Origin: Mytilus trossulus | Lineage: Eukaryota | Length of the DNA stretch: 64,000 nt | Direction: 5' to 3' | NCBI RefSeq assembly: GCF_036588685.1 | Contig: NC_086373.1 | Coordinates: forward strand, 90,520,001-90,584,000 | Part shown: positions 25,954 to 39,779 of the stretch, piece after piece | Numbering within the stretch: position 1 is the stretch's first letter | How the letters are laid out: each line of letters begins with the position of its first letter | Made by a program: the position numbers and the translations under genes | The notes under the pieces: generated by a model | Seen by the model: only the letters and a program-made list of their open reading frames with translations | What the model was told of the DNA's origin: nothing | Databases searched by the model: none

Positions 25954-26050
25954 CTGATCCAGGTATAATGAAGTTGAGAACACAGCAAAAATAAGCCATA
26001 CAAAGTGGCATTGCAGGAGTTACAATTCTATCTGCAAAATCACCAGGCAT
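25954..26050 (-). CDS. SPEC3/Stum-family gene A, coding exon 1 (whole protein ~182 aa)
   Basis: MPGDFADRIVTPAMPLCMAYFCCVLNFIIPGS|G with a GTAAG donor; an acceptor at ~26065 implies an upstream 5' exon. Confidence 0.85.
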
Positions 26051-28590
26051 TGCAATTATTATCCCTAAAACATAACGAATGTATGGCGATGTAGTGCAAT
26101 TAAAGTCTTTTGTAGTTCTTCTTTTTCTCTATTTTTTTGGTTCGTCTTGTTATTTTTAAGTTAAGTGTCATTACATATCACATACAGCTATATACACAAA
26201 TATTTAAAAGACAAATTTTGTGTACGTCTGTGTTGTCAATCAATATGTTTGAACATTTTTACGTATACAAACATAGATTTAAATTTCATTCATTTACAGT
26301 TATTCATACAAGTGTGTGTTGTACAAAAATAACTCTAAAAAAATAATTTTAAATATATCGTTTGATATCTTAGTCTATAATCGACTTCTCAAACTGCAAT
26401 CAAGACACCCGACGGTTCTAAATCTTTTAAGGTTCTATGTCCGTAGCAATTTTCTTACGTGGCCGCTCACATTCTGTATGTTTGTGCTTGTTTCATGTGT
26501 TCAAAATCAGGAGCTTGCAATTCAGTGGTTGTCGTTTGTTTATGTGTTACATAGAACTAAATTCATAACAGTGTGGTCGACGGTAAAACGTTTGTTAGTA
26601 ATTATACCGAAAAATTCACATATAACTTGTTTGTCGTTGGCGATGATTTTATGCTCACTCAGTCTATCAGAGGCCTTCAAGTGGGGATTTAAATAATAAT
26701 TGATACATAAAATGAAACTTTCTTTTCACAAATCATTTAAGGAATTTGTTTTAAATATTTTTTTTACCATCACTTACTACAGTTTCACTTTTAAGAATGA
26801 TAATGATCAGAGCTGATATCAATAAATAATGATAAAAAAAAAAGTTTATTCATTTAAAAAAAAAACCCAAACTTTTAAGTTATGGGGACCCGCGTTATTT
26901 CACAAAATATCTTATTGATTAAGAGAACAAAATCATTTAAGAGTGACCTTCTATTTATTCAATGCTAACCATGTGGGCTTTGTTTGTGAAGAGATCCAGA
27001 TGACAAAAAAAAACATTTTTTTGTTGTTGTTTTAAACCATAAATCGATCCGTTCATTCAGATATTTGTCAATTTGCCTTGGCTCTTAAGTCCAACACTTG
27101 GTACAGGAGGATCAAATGCGTCCTGTATGATTTTGTAAATAAATGCATCTTTTAAAAATAGTCGAAAACAAAATTGTCTGTCCAATGGAAAGGTCGAGGC
27201 CAAAAAAAGATGAACGGTGCATTATAGAAACATAGCAGCTGGTTGCAAAAGTTGACGACAAGATCTATTTACAACTTGAGTATGGCCTTATACTATTAAC
27301 CTGAAATAAATATTTTTATAGCAATTCCCTTGATACGAATACATGTTGTCTTGGGCTTGTTTTGCTCTTTGGTTGGGTTGTTGTCTCTATGACAATTCAA
27401 TTCTCATTCTTATCATAGATATAACTGCATGAAAAAAAAGAATGTGTGGTGTGATAAACAATCATACAAATTCTTTCCAGGGACCAACAGGCGTTAGCAA
27501 ACTATAGGCCCCCGTATGGCCTTCAACCATTAGCAAAATACACACTTTATAGAATGAAAGCTCCAAGAGGTCTTGGCATGTAAAAACAAACACGAAAGTT
27601 GAGCGAGAGAAAAACAATAAGGATACCGCATACAAATTGTAAAATGGTCCGCAATATTACTTTAGTCAACTCACTATGTTGAAATGAAAGACCTGGCGAA
27701 TTTTAGCCTTTTCAATGGATGTGATGTTTGTTTAAAATCATGGTTTGTTTAGACATTTAATTCAAGTCTTGTTTTTAAATTATTTGCAAGTAAGTTTAAA
27801 GTATTTAAAACAAATAATCACTCACAGAAAGACGTCCAATCCATCAACAACAGAAAAAATAAATTAATAGACGACCTATAACGCACAGAATATCATGTAT
27901 GTGTTCGGGCCGTATGAGTATTTGGACCATACGCGTAAGGTCTGGAACATATTTTATTTGCGATCACAAAATGCACGAAGTCGTCCATTTCTATGTAAAT
28001 TGGGTCGATTTGAATATTAATAAGATGAATGCGTTTCTGTTTCACAAAGTAGTAGCAGTATAGCAGAACAGTTTTACCAATACAATACCGTAAATGCATG
28101 CAAATTTTACAAGGTTTAATCCAAATAGCTTTCTTACTATCCAATAACTTTCAAGTACGAAAAAGACAGGGCAGATGTATATTTTGTCTATATGTTATGT
28201 ATTTGCACAACTTTTGAAAGTGGATTATGCTATCGTTCTAAAATAATTTTTTTGACCAGATAAAAAAGTTAAAAGATGACATTATTCGACAATCGCAATT
28301 GTTAAATATCTTTGACGTCCGAAAAAGATAATCAATCAACACATGCATTGCAATTTTTAAAGCCAGTAAGTCATTTTTTTTTCAAAAACACAAATTCCTG
28401 ATTAGTATTTCGAATTATTTTATTTAGGCGTTGAGAACCTTTGGTTACCCCACAGTTTAAATGTCTATACTAAGGACGTCGTGAGCTATGGGCGTTATAG
28501 ACGAACGTTCGCCTAATCTGTCCCAGTCAATGGGAAATTAAAGTGCACCAATCAATGTCCACAGCCACACTGTTACGAATACGATTCTTT

Positions 28591-29362
28591 AATAGTTATC
28601 CCAAAAGGACGCGGTGTGTCAGTGTAAGGTCACCCCGATGGCCGGAGGCCAGAGGGTGATCTAACACTGACACACCAAGTCCGACTGGGATAACTATTTT
28701 ACATCCCAGCTATTTTAGATTAGACAAAAAACCATTTACAATTCATAAAATCTACTTTAGAAGGCCACACAACCATAACAATATACTTTATATATTACTT
28801 TATAATGTATACCCTTTTTGACCCCCAAACACGATGAGTAGATATCAACTGATGTCAACTCGCCCCACTTGCCAATCGGTCCACACTATATCGCCACTTT
28901 ATAAAATACCGTCCCACTCTTGTTAACCGACTTGCTCCACTTTGAAAAAGTGTAAAATCAAATTGAACAATCAGTCTGAAAACTCCCTTATTAACGAAAA
29001 AGGTTTAAACCCCACTGAATTAAGGTCTGACAACTCTCCCCGCTTATAAAAGCTCTTGCTTTCTTTAAGTATGTCAAATTACAAATATTTCGTATCCAGT
29101 CGTCCTGGTGTAGTGGTATGAGTTTGATATGCTAAAGGTCTTGAGTTCGAATCCCAGCATATACACTGGATTTTTCTACGTGATTTTGATAGATATATAA
29201 GAGGTAAAATTAATTATAAGTTTTAAAGTGGATTTGACATTCCCGCCAAAATGTTACAGAACAAAGGAAAGCATGCATGACAAAGAAACTCAAACTGGGG
29301 TGATCTGGTAGGGGTGATCCGGCTCAGATCACCCCTGTTAGAACAAAGGAGCTGGGATGTAA
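28591..29362. mobile_element. Hairpin-bearing non-autonomous element (Crypton-like architecture)
   Basis: Hairpin AATAGTTATCCC..GGTGTGTCAGTGT..TCACCC / GGGTGA..ACACTGACACACC..GGGATAACTATT with a GGCCGGAGGCC loop, then IR pair TTACATCCCAGCT (28699) / AGCTGGGATGTAA (29350). Confidence 0.7.
29100..29160 (+). repeat. tRNA-derived relic (Pol III A and B boxes), probably a SINE head
   Basis: TGGTGTAGTGG and GTTCGAATCCC at tRNA-like spacing; no intact cloverleaf. Confidence 0.45.
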
Positions 29363-29843
29363 ATTTGTTTATCGTTCATTTTTGTTCAAATTTAATGCTG
29401 ATAGTTTTCCCATTTGAATTGTTTTACATTGTTATTTCGGAGCGTTTTATAGCTGACTATGCGGTATAGGCGTTGCTCATTGTTGAAGCCCGTACGGTGA
29501 CATATAGTTATTATTTTTTTGTCATTTGGTCTCTTGTGGAGAGTTGTCTCATTGGCTATCATATAACATTTTCTTTCTTTTTTTTTTTAAATTTAAACAC
29601 AGACTGGACGGACCAAATCAGAAAATTGCTACGTATTCAGAACCCAGAAAAGGATTTCAAAGGTCCTACAATGACAGTGACCGGTTACTACATGATAATT
29701 TTTTACATGATTATAGAAGTAATATCATATGTAATTTGTGTAAAAGGTATAATACATGTAGTTGCTTATTTTAAATGCTTTATTCGTGAAAAAACATTTT
29801 TTTTTACTACACATAATCCTTAGATAACTAGAAAAAACTTAAC

Positions 29844-29966
29844 TTAGCTAGCCAAGGTTTTTCGATCGACTTCCCTCCTTTCCACTACAAGGGTTATGAT
29901 CCGCTCCCCTCCTCTCACACAGTGGAGAGGAGAGGAGTGGATAGTTACCCTTGGCTAGCGAAGATG
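29844..29966. mobile_element. Short MITE with degenerate TIRs
   Basis: GCTAGCCAAGG ... CCTTGGCTAGC. Confidence 0.55.
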
Positions 29967-30898
29967 GGAAAAACATCTCAATGATTTACTCATGTCCTCA
30001 CTTTAAGCACTTGAATCCTAGGTAGAAACTGATCAGGCTACTTAATTAATGAAGCAATAATACCAGTTCAAACTCCATTGGCATATATACACAACCAAAT
30101 CGCAACCAGCAAATATCTAGTTGTAACCATTAGTTGAGGCAGAAATATTGGTAATAAGACTGGCAACCGAAATAAGAAATCATTATTTATCTGCCGAAAT
30201 CTTTACAAGAGTGATACGCTACGCTGAAATATCTTGCCTGCTTTACTGATCATCGGTTGTATATTAAAAAATTTAATCAAAAGGGTTTTACTAAACTTGT
30301 TTAATGATCTATGAAAATCATGTCAAGGTAGGATAAATCGTGTCAAATAAAACATGTACACATTACATTTTTTTCTTCTAGACATCAAACTTTATATACT
30401 GACCGACTTTAGAAACGCAACACCAGATTATTTTTGTGTTATTTTAGAATGAATGTGTCAACGTCAAAAGCGATGACTGCCTGTTACAAACGCCAAAATG
30501 ATAGTCAGAAAGGTCAACAAATTTTGTCTGACTTTTTTTGGGTTCTGTTTTACACCTTCTGATTTTGCATTTGTTCAACCCATTAATTGGTTTTGGCAAT
30601 TATGCGGTTGGAACTTGAGGGCTTTACAGGTTTTCCTTCAGTCAATTCTTTGGCAATGCAGTTCATGAGAATTATTTATGGCATGAATCTGTACTCAATG
30701 GCACTAGGCAATTTGGTTAGCAGTTGACGTTGCGGCTGTAAACATGATTGGCAAATGACTTTGAATAATCAAATTATGTTGATGTTTCATTGTCCCTACA
30801 CGTTGATCACGGTTCATTGATGGACAGCAACAAATCTTGTCTACTTGTATCGTTGTCGGAAGGACAGTATGACGAGTTTCTGAAGTCATACGGTATGG

Positions 30899-31029
30899 TT
30901 GCAGCACATTTATGTTTTCATGTTTGCAGCACATTTATGTTTTCATGTTTTCAGCACATTTATGTTTTCATGTTTGCAGCACATTTATGTTTTCATGTTT
31001 GCAGCACATTTATGTTTTCATGTTTGCAG
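30899..31029. repeat. 25-bp minisatellite, 5 copies
   Basis: GCAGCACATTTATGTTTTCATGTTT. Confidence 0.9.
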
Positions 31030-31639
31030 TATTCTTAAGGGCTAATTCAGTTCTTTGTTTTTATTATTTCTCAGACTTGGCAAAATGGAGATGCAACTTT
31101 AAAAAAAAATTTAAGTAAGGCAAAGGATTGTAAGAACTGTTTCACAAAGCAATACAAACTGAAACAATCTTTCATGGGACCAAAATTTCGCTTTAAGAAA
31201 TTCGTGCGACTTTAAAAATTCGGTATGTTCAATAACCACAGGTAAGTCAGAATTTATTTTTTGTAAGGAGAAAGAAGCATGATAAGCATGAAAAGTAGTT
31301 GTAAGAGAATCAAAAAAGATATAGTAAAAAAATCAACAAAATGAGTGTTACGTTTCTAAAGCCGTTCAGTATAGTTGACATACTGTTTTACTCTATGCTT
31401 ATCGAAAACAGATCAAAATACAAAAACTAAACATTATTCAAAGAAACATTAAAAATAGGTCAAGGTAAGATTATCGAACAGACATATGCACATAATAAAT
31501 AATACATACACCAAATATCTTACTTAAAACTTTAAAAGTTAACTCGTTGTAATTACTTAGCTAAGTCTTAGTAGAAGAAGTAGCAAAGTCGTTAAATGAG
31601 TTGTTACAACGAGTTATCACAAACGTTATGATGACTTGA

Positions 31640-32308
31640 GGTGGTATGGGAGTCTAAAATAAAAATGATAGAACTTGTTCATACTTTGACAAAACGTAGT
31701 ATCTATTGATTATATATTTTGAAAAATATAACTAAAATGATAGGTCACCGCGCATTTTCTCATGCTACAGGATGTGACAAAATGACACATTTTGAATGGA
31801 TTATACAGGAAAAAACACCATTTTGTGATTAGAAAATAAACAAAATGATAGAATTGTAAAATACTTAAGGAAAAGATAGCTTTCATACAATGCTTTGAGA
31901 ATATCAAAAGAAAAGATAGGGTCACCGTACGTTTTTTTCTGGCTAAAATACAAAATAGGAAAATTCCATGTAGAATCCTTCAGAAAAATTAACTGTTTTA
32001 GAGTTACCTCCCCTTAAAATGACAATTTACAAAATAATCAAAACAACCAAAACTAATCAACATTTGCAAAAATATTAATATTTATAAGTTATATTCTTAT
32101 CAATTGGTTCTTTTAAATGAAAATTCACATTAAATGTCTGCATTCCTGCATCAAATTTAGCTAACTTGATAGAAAATCTGGACCTTTGGTCCTCTTTTTT
32201 TTTACATTCCAAGATGCGCAAGATCATATTCATTGCGAAGTGCTCCTTTGAAGGAGGGGTTTCCTAAAACAGATTCAGATACAGATGGCGGAAGACACCC
32301 ATACCACC
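31640..32308. mobile_element. TIR MITE, Kolobok-like (TTAA target)
   Basis: GGTGGTATGGGAGTCT / AGACACCCATACCACC; flanks TTGA and TTAA. Confidence 0.7.
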
Positions 32309-32848
32309 TTAAAAACAAAACTCAACTCCAGTCTGACACTAACCGGACTCCGTAGTAATGAATTTGACATGATTGCATGTGCGCCTCGATTTAAGCGCTC
32401 AATAGACAGTTTATGGTTTAAACTTGATCTGTATAGTGCCCGTATAAATTTATCTCCAAACATATAAAACATCAATGAAATTGAAATGATGACATTGAAA
32501 GTATATGAATTTTGATCAAGCACATAAAGAACAAACATGAAATTAATATATGATCTTTCAAAAACTTTATTGGTACATGTGTTTAAACAATAAAAAAAAA
32601 GAATAATGACGGCTCTAGTCAAATATTTCATAATTCATATAACTTACCACTTTAATATATCTATCCGAAAAACTCACTTCGATATATCAGACGAAGTTGT
32701 TTACATATCATAATCCTTTATTGATTTTACTTTATGACTGCCTCAGCATGCCATACAAATTTAAATCTCTGTTATGAAAGCAATAGGTCACGGAGGTCAT
32801 ATATTTATCATCATTGACTATATTATAAGTGCGCAATTCACTAGCATA

Positions 32849-33926
32849 ATGGTTGTTAGAATAGCAAAGAGGAATACAGCAGTTGTTCAGTATGGAATTT
32901 TCTTTTTTCGCTCTATGTCGTCAGGAGGTGTCGATTTTCGCCTTGATACTTTGTCCCCAAGAAGTGCTCCTGGATTCAAATCATCAAAGAAATTATGGTG
33001 GGCAAAAGAAGTGACACCAAAACTTTATGTTGCTGGAGGATTAACAGAAACGCAAATAAAATACGCACATGATGGAGGATTTAATGGCGTTATATCTCTA
33101 TACCAAGAAAACGACCCTGGTCAGTTTGGGGGTGAACAACTAGCATCTGTATTAGATGCCAAATATGCTGCAAAGATTGCCGGTCTTCAGTTTGATGCCA
33201 TTCTGAAAGAGAACGAAGACTGGGCTTGTGTTAAAGCAGTTAAGAAACTAACCCACTCAATTATTGAAATGGAGAACCCAATTTTGCTCTATGGCAGTCA
33301 ACCACAAGCTGTAGCTTTTACAACATTATTGCATACGGCTCACATGTCAAAACTGGACTCTAAATACGAACCAAAAGTTAACAGTGAGAAATTCTATAAA
33401 ATGAGTGCTCTAATGGGAATGGATTTCACAGCAGATAAGTTGAAATCGGTTGTTGCAGAAATAACAGGTGAGCCAATCGTTAGTAACCCACCAAAATGTG
33501 ATGCATATCAAAATTGGTTAGGATATTGGCTTGCTCATCCTGTGTATAAGAATTGGTTTACTGCCGGTCAGATTAGAAGGGGGCATTTAAAGGAACTGGA
33601 AGTTCATGGATTTAAATCAGTCATCAACATGCGGATGGGTAAAACTTTGGACAGCAATCCTTCACAAGAGACTGTAAACCTCATCAACATACCAGACAAC
33701 GTCAATACTTATGACGAGAACTATAACCCTGTGCGACAAACACAATCGACTTTGGAAAAAGTGGTCTTAGATCCAGCCTTGGACAGAAAACACATATCTC
33801 CTTCATCAATGGTTAATTATGAAACCCAGAACGCCGAGGAGTATGGTGACGAAATTGGCTTTAATGAAGAAATTGAAAGCAAACATTTTAAGGAATCATC
33901 ATTGAAATATTACCATTTACCTTTAG
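32849..33926 (+). CDS. Tandem DUF442/Blh-like protein B, coding exon 1
   Basis: Within ORF 32774-33943; preferred ATG at 32849, just after TATAAG at 32824; two repeats of V...L/W(Y/F)xAGx(L/I)...GFxxVI(S/N)(L/M)...GL/SL(Q/K)(F/Y); donor G|GTATG at 33927. Confidence 0.85.
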
Positions 33927-34421
33927 GTATGGTTGCTTTTTAATCTTACAAATTTAAGAATTTCTAAAAATAACATTTAAAGTGAAGTGAATATTATAGA
34001 AAAAAAGACGAAAAAAATGTTTTTGAATGTATGCGCTTTTATTTTATTTGCAATAAGGTGAAATGAATGTCCAGTATGAAATTTAGGTAAAATTTCTCCT
34101 GAAGTAAATCAAAGGTCCCGTATTAAAGAAAAAAACATTGAAATTACTGCTCCATTATTAACTGTTAAACATTGTTTATAACCATAGTTACAACTTTTTA
34201 ATATGTTTACAAAACATTTGATATTTGCATCATAAATTTCTACATGCTCTGGTTGTCAAGCTTTATTTCTTTCATTTTTAAATCAACTTCATTTATAACT
34301 TTTTCAGCTTACCAGCTAAAGCAAATGAAGTAATATTCCTAAATGTGCACCAGTATTCACGGATTATTAGTTTTCCATACTATATTTGCATATTTAAAAT
34401 TAAGATAAAATTATATTTCAG

Positions 34422-34532
34422 ATTTAAATGTAACATACAGCGCAGATGTATTTCAACAGTACAAGGACAAGCTACTAGAAATAGGACGAGACGGTCCAGT
34501 TTTGTTTCATTGTGCTATAGGAAAAAGAGCTG
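34422..34532 (+). CDS. Tandem DUF442-like protein B, exon 2 (putative active site HCAIGKRA)
   Basis: TTTCAG acceptor, GTAAAT donor, 111 nt, phase 1-1; DLNVTYSADVFQQYKDKLLEIGRDGPVLFHCAIGKRA. Confidence 0.9.
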
Positions 34533-34707
34533 GTAAATATTAATAGACCATGAAAATATATTATTTGCTCATTCTAATTTTCATTCAGTGATGAGGTCAA
34601 CTAGAGTCATTAACCTGGAGTCAAACGGCCATGATACATAAAGATAACATGGCCATAATCAAGGTCAACTACCAACAAAAAGTCATAGGGCAGAACAATT
34701 TGTTTTT

Positions 34708-35033
34708 TTTTATGCCCCACCTACCGATAGGTAAAGGGCATTATGTTTTATTGTCTGTGTGTCCGTTTGTCCGTCCGTCGTTACTCGTACCGTTTGTCGT
34801 ACCGTCCGTTCGTTCGTCCGTCCGTCTGTCCTGCTTCAGTTCAAAGTTTTTGGTCGAGGTTGTTTTTGATGAAGCTGAAGTCCAATCAACTTCAAACTTA
34901 GTCACATGTTGCTTATGTTATGATCTTTCTAATTTTTAAGCCAAGTTTTACTTTTGACCAAATTTCACGGTCCATTGAACATGGAAAATGATAGTGCGAG
35001 TGGGGCATCCGTGTACTTTGGACACATTCTTGT
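34708..35033 (+). mobile_element. Short pearl/HINE-type element
   Basis: TTTATGCCCCAC 5' subTIR, (GTCC)n-like microsatellite, 3' GTGGGGCAT plus a short palindrome. Confidence 0.75.
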
Positions 35034-35420
35034 TATCCTTTATCTTTGTAAAAACCCATAATTGTTTGTGTCTTACTGACAAATATATCTAATAGAAACA
35101 ACATGTGTTTATGATTTATCATTACCCATCAATTTCTAGTTTACTTTTTTCAATCTCGGTCAACGATACTATAATGCATGATAGTTGCACCATGCGTTTT
35201 TTGAGGTTCCTTTACCTTCTGACAAATATGGCCGTGTTGACTCCTATTATTTTTTGTTTATCTTAGTTTAGACTAACGTGTGCACCCAGTAATGTTTATG
35301 GCTGCACATATGGTCATACTGCAGATAACCTGAATGCATTCTTTGGAAGAACCTTAGTCCTAATGACAACAGGAAATTAAAAAAAAAGAGTTTTCATCTC
35401 GAGAATGTGGCCCAAGTTAA

Positions 35421-37146
35421 TTTTTATACGACCGCATTCAAATTTTTCGTCGTATATTGCTATCACGTTGGCGTCGTCGTCTGCGTCGTCGTCGTCGTCG
35501 TCCGAATACTTTGAGTTTTCGCACTCTAACTTAAGTAAAAGTGAATAGAAATCTTTGAAATTTAAACACAAGGTTTATGACCACAAAATGAAGGTTGGTA
35601 TTGATTTTGGGAGTTTTGGTCCCAACATTTTAGGAATTAGGGGCCAAAAAGGGCCCAAATAAGCATTTTCTTGGTTTTCGCACTATAACTTTAGTTTAAG
35701 TTAATAGAAATCTATGAAATTTTGACACAAGGTTTATGACCACAAAAGAAAGGTGGGGATTGATTTTGGGAGTTTTGGTTTCATCAGTTTAGGAATTAGG
35801 GGCCAAAAAAGGGCCCAAATAAGCATTATTCTTGGTTTTTGCACAATAACTTTAGTTTAAGTAAATAGAAATCAATAAAATTGAAACACAATGTTTATGA
35901 CCACAAAAGGAAGGTTGGTATTGATTTTGGGAGTTTAGGTCCCAACAGTTTAGGAATTAGGGGCCAAAAAGGTACCCAAATAAGCATTTTTCTTGGTTTT
36001 CGCACCATAATGTTAGTATAAGTAAATAGACATCTATGAAATTTAAACACAAGGTTTATGATCATAAAAGGAAGGTTGGTATTGATTTTGGGAGTTTTGG
36101 TCCCAACAGAATAAGGGGCCCAAAGGGTCCAAAATTAAACTTTGTTTGATTTCATCAAAAATTAAATAATTGGGGTTCTTTGATATGCCGAATCTTACTG
36201 TGTATGTAGATTCTTAACTTTTGGTCCCGTTTTCAAATTGGTCTACATTAAGGTCCAAATGGTCCAAAATTAAACTTAGTTTGATTTTGACAAAAAATGA
36301 ATGGGTTGGGTTCTTTGATATGCTGAATCTAAAAATGTACTTAGATTCTTGATTATTGGCCCAGTTTTCAAGTTGGTTAAAATCGGGGTCCAAAATTAAA
36401 CTTTGTTTGATTTCATCAAAAATTGAATAAATGAGGTTCTTTGATATGCCAAATCTAACTGTGTATGTAGATTCTTCATTTTTGGTCCTGTTTTCAAATT
36501 GGTCTACATTAAAGTCCAAAGGGTCCAAAATTAAACTTATTTTGATTTTAACAAAAATTGAAATCTTGGGGTTCTTTGATATGCTGAATCCAAACATGTA
36601 CTTAGATTTTTGATTATGGGCCCAGTTTTCAAGTTGGTCTAAATCAGGATCTAAAATTATTATATTAAGTATTGTGCAATAGCAAGTCTTTTCAATTGCA
36701 CAGTATTGCGCAATGTCAAGAAATATCTAATTGCACAATATTGTGAAATAGCATTTTTTTTTAATTAGAGTTATCTTTCTTTGTCCAGAATAGTAAGCAA
36801 GAAATATGTGCATTAGCAAGATTTTTTTTTTAATTGGAGTTATCTTTCTTTGTCCAGAATCAACTTAAATCTTTGTTATATACAATATACAATGTACATT
36901 CACTTTTTACTACCAACTGATAAATTAAAATAATCTTTACCATTCAGTGATAACAAGCAGTTTTTTTACATCTTAATATTTTATGATGTATTTAAATGAG
37001 TAGTTATTGTTGCAAACTCCATTAGAAATTTTAATTGAGATTAGTTTTGGAATAAGGGAAAGGGGGATGTGATTAAAAAAATTGGGTTCAATTTTTATAC
37101 GACCGCAAATTTTGAAAAAATTTCGTCGTATATTGCTATCACGTTG

Positions 37147-37193
<47 letters not shown>

Positions 37194-39348
37194 CGAATAC
37201 TTTTAGTTTTCGCACTCTAACTTTAGTAAAAGTGAATAGAAATCTATGAAATTTTAACACAAGGTTTATGACCATAAAAGGAAGGCTGGTATTGATTTTG
37301 GGAGTTTTGGTCCCAACATTTTAGGAATTAGGGGCCAAAAAGGGCCCAAATAAGCATTTTCTTGGTTTTCGCACTATAACTTTAGTTTAAGTGAATAGAA
37401 ATCTATGAAATTTTGACACAAGGTTTATGACCGCAAAAGAAAGGTTGGGATTGATTTTGGGAGTTTTGGTTTCAACAGTTTAGGAATTAGGGGCCAAAAA
37501 AGGGCCCAAATAAGCATTATTCTTGGTTTTCACACAATAACTTTAGTTAAAGTAAATAGAAATCAATAAAATTTAAACACAATGTTTATGACCACAAAAG
37601 GAAGGTTGGTATTGATTTTGGGAGTTTTGGTCCCAACAGTTTAGGAATTAGGGGCCAAAAAGGGACCCAAATAAGCATTTTTCTTGGTTTTCGCACCATA
37701 GCGTTAGTATAAGTAAATAGAAATCTATGAAATTTAAACACAAGGTTTATGACTATAAAAGGAAGGTTGGTATTGATTTTTGGAGTTTTGGTCCCAACAG
37801 TTAAGGAAAAAGGGGCCCAAAGGGTCCAAAATTAAACTTTGTTTGATTTCATCAAAATTGAATAATTGGGGTTCTTTAATATGCCGAATCTAACTGTGTA
37901 TGTATATTCTTAATTTTTGGTCCCATTTTCAAATTGGTCTATATTAAGGTCCAAAGGGTCCAAAATTAAACTTAGTTTGATTTTAACAAAAATTGAAACC
38001 TTGGGGTTCCTTGATATGCTGAATCTAAAAATGTACTTAGATTTTTGATTATTGGCCCAGTTTTCAAGTTGGCCCAAATCGAGGTCCAAAATTAAACATT
38101 GTTTGATTTCATCAAAAATTGAATAATTGGGTTTCTTTGATATGCCAAATCTAACTGTGTATGTAGATTCTTAATTTTTGGTCCAGTTTTAAAATTGGTC
38201 TAAATAAAAGTGCAAAGGGTCCAAAATTAAACTCAGTTTGATTTTAACAAAAATTAAATTCTTGGGCCTCTTTGATATGCTGAATCTAAACATGTACTTA
38301 GATTTTTGATTTTGGGCCCAGTTTTCAAGTTGGTCCAAATCAGGATCTAAAATTATTATATTAAGTATTGTGCAATAGCAAGTCTTTTCAATTGCACAGT
38401 ATTGCGCAATGGCAAGAAATATCTAATTTCACAATATTGTGAAATAGCAATTTTTTTTTTAATTAAGAGTTATCTTTCTTTGTCCAGTATAGTAAGCAAG
38501 AAATATCTGCAAGAATTTTTTTTTAATTGGAGTTATCTTTCTTTGTCCAGAATCAACTTAAATCTTTGTTATATACAATATACAATGTATATTCACTTTT
38601 TACTACCAACTGATAAATTTAAATAATCTTTACCATTCAGTGATAACAAGCAGTTTTTTTACATCTTAATATTTTATGATGTATTTAAATGAGTAGTAAT
38701 TGTTGCAAACTCCATTAGAATATTTTAATTGAAATTAGTTTTGGAATAAGGGAAAGGGGGATGTGAATAAAAAATTGGGTTCAATTTTTCTCATTTGAAA
38801 TTTCATAAATAAAAAGAAAATTTCTTCAAACATTTTTTTGAGAGGATTAATATTCAACAGCATAGTGAATTGCTCTAAGAGAAATCAAAAATTTTAAGTT
38901 CATTTGAATACATTCATTCTGTGTCAGAAACCTATGCTGTGTCAACTATTTAATCACAATCCAAATTTAGAGCGGAATCCAGCTTGAATGTTGTGTCCAT
39001 ACTTGCCCCAACCGTTCAGGGTTCAACCTCTGCGGTCGTATAAAGCTACGCCCTGCGGAGCATCTGGTTCTCATTTGAAATTTCATAATTAAAAAGAAAA
39101 TTTCTTCAAACATTTTTTTGAGAGGATTAATATTCAACAGCATAGTGAATTGCTCTAAGAGAAAATAAAAAAAATTAAGTTCAATAGAACACATTCATTC
39201 TGTGTCAGAAACCTATGCTGTGTCAACTATTTAATCACAATCCAAATTTAGAGCTGAATCCAGCTTGAATGTTGTGTCCATACTTGCCCCAACCGTTCAG
39301 GGTTCAACATCTGCAGTCGTATAAAGCTACACCCTGCGGAGCATCTGT
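35421..39348 (+). mobile_element. Two copies of one HINE family; the second (37092-39068) is nested in the first; both lie in intron 2 of the DUF442-like gene
   Basis: Both start TTTTTATACGACCGC..CGTCGTATATTGCTATCACGTTGGCGTCGTC; two 3' ends TGC(G/A)GTCGTATAAAGCTAC..GCGGAGCATCTG at 39031-39068 and 39312-39348; internal ~160-bp and ~260-bp tandem units. Confidence 0.9.
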
Positions 39349-39779
39349 TTTTTTTCAATATAGAATTACCGTCTTGCGCATCTACAAATCTAGTACAATG
39401 AATAATTACAAAGAATAGATCTTTGTAAAAAAAAAAAAAATTCGCAACATTAGGCACCTTTGATTTGTATAGTATATTAATTCTCCCGTATATACTACCG
39501 TATCTAGCGAGTTATTTTACCTGGTGTAAAATTTCGCGATTTTCATTTAATAAGGTATATGAAATATTTTTGCGATTATTATTTTGGCGGATTCAAAACT
39601 TTTCTCAATACCTCTGCTTGTGCACTTTTCAATTGACGGAATTTATTTTGGCGATTTGTTCTATCCGTGAATATTTACACTCCGCTAATATAATCCTCTA
39701 TACGGTAAAATATGATGACATCCAAATTGCATTTTAATTCACATAAACACGTTATAGTATCTAAACTGATTTATTTCAG

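Noticed and set aside
29100-29160. tRNA gene
   Set aside because: Only A- and B-box-like motifs; the acceptor and anticodon stems do not form
32774-32848. Longer N-terminus from ATG 32774
   Set aside because: A TATA-like TATAAG lies inside it, and ATG 32849 gives a coherent presequence; not fully excluded without TSS data
34505-34532. Classical protein tyrosine or dual-specificity phosphatase call
   Set aside because: The loop is C-X4-R (HCAIGKR), one residue short of C-X5-R
36973-37275. Poly-Arg and poly-Asp ORFs (also 35377-35571)
   Set aside because: Translations of the HINE (GTC)n microsatellite
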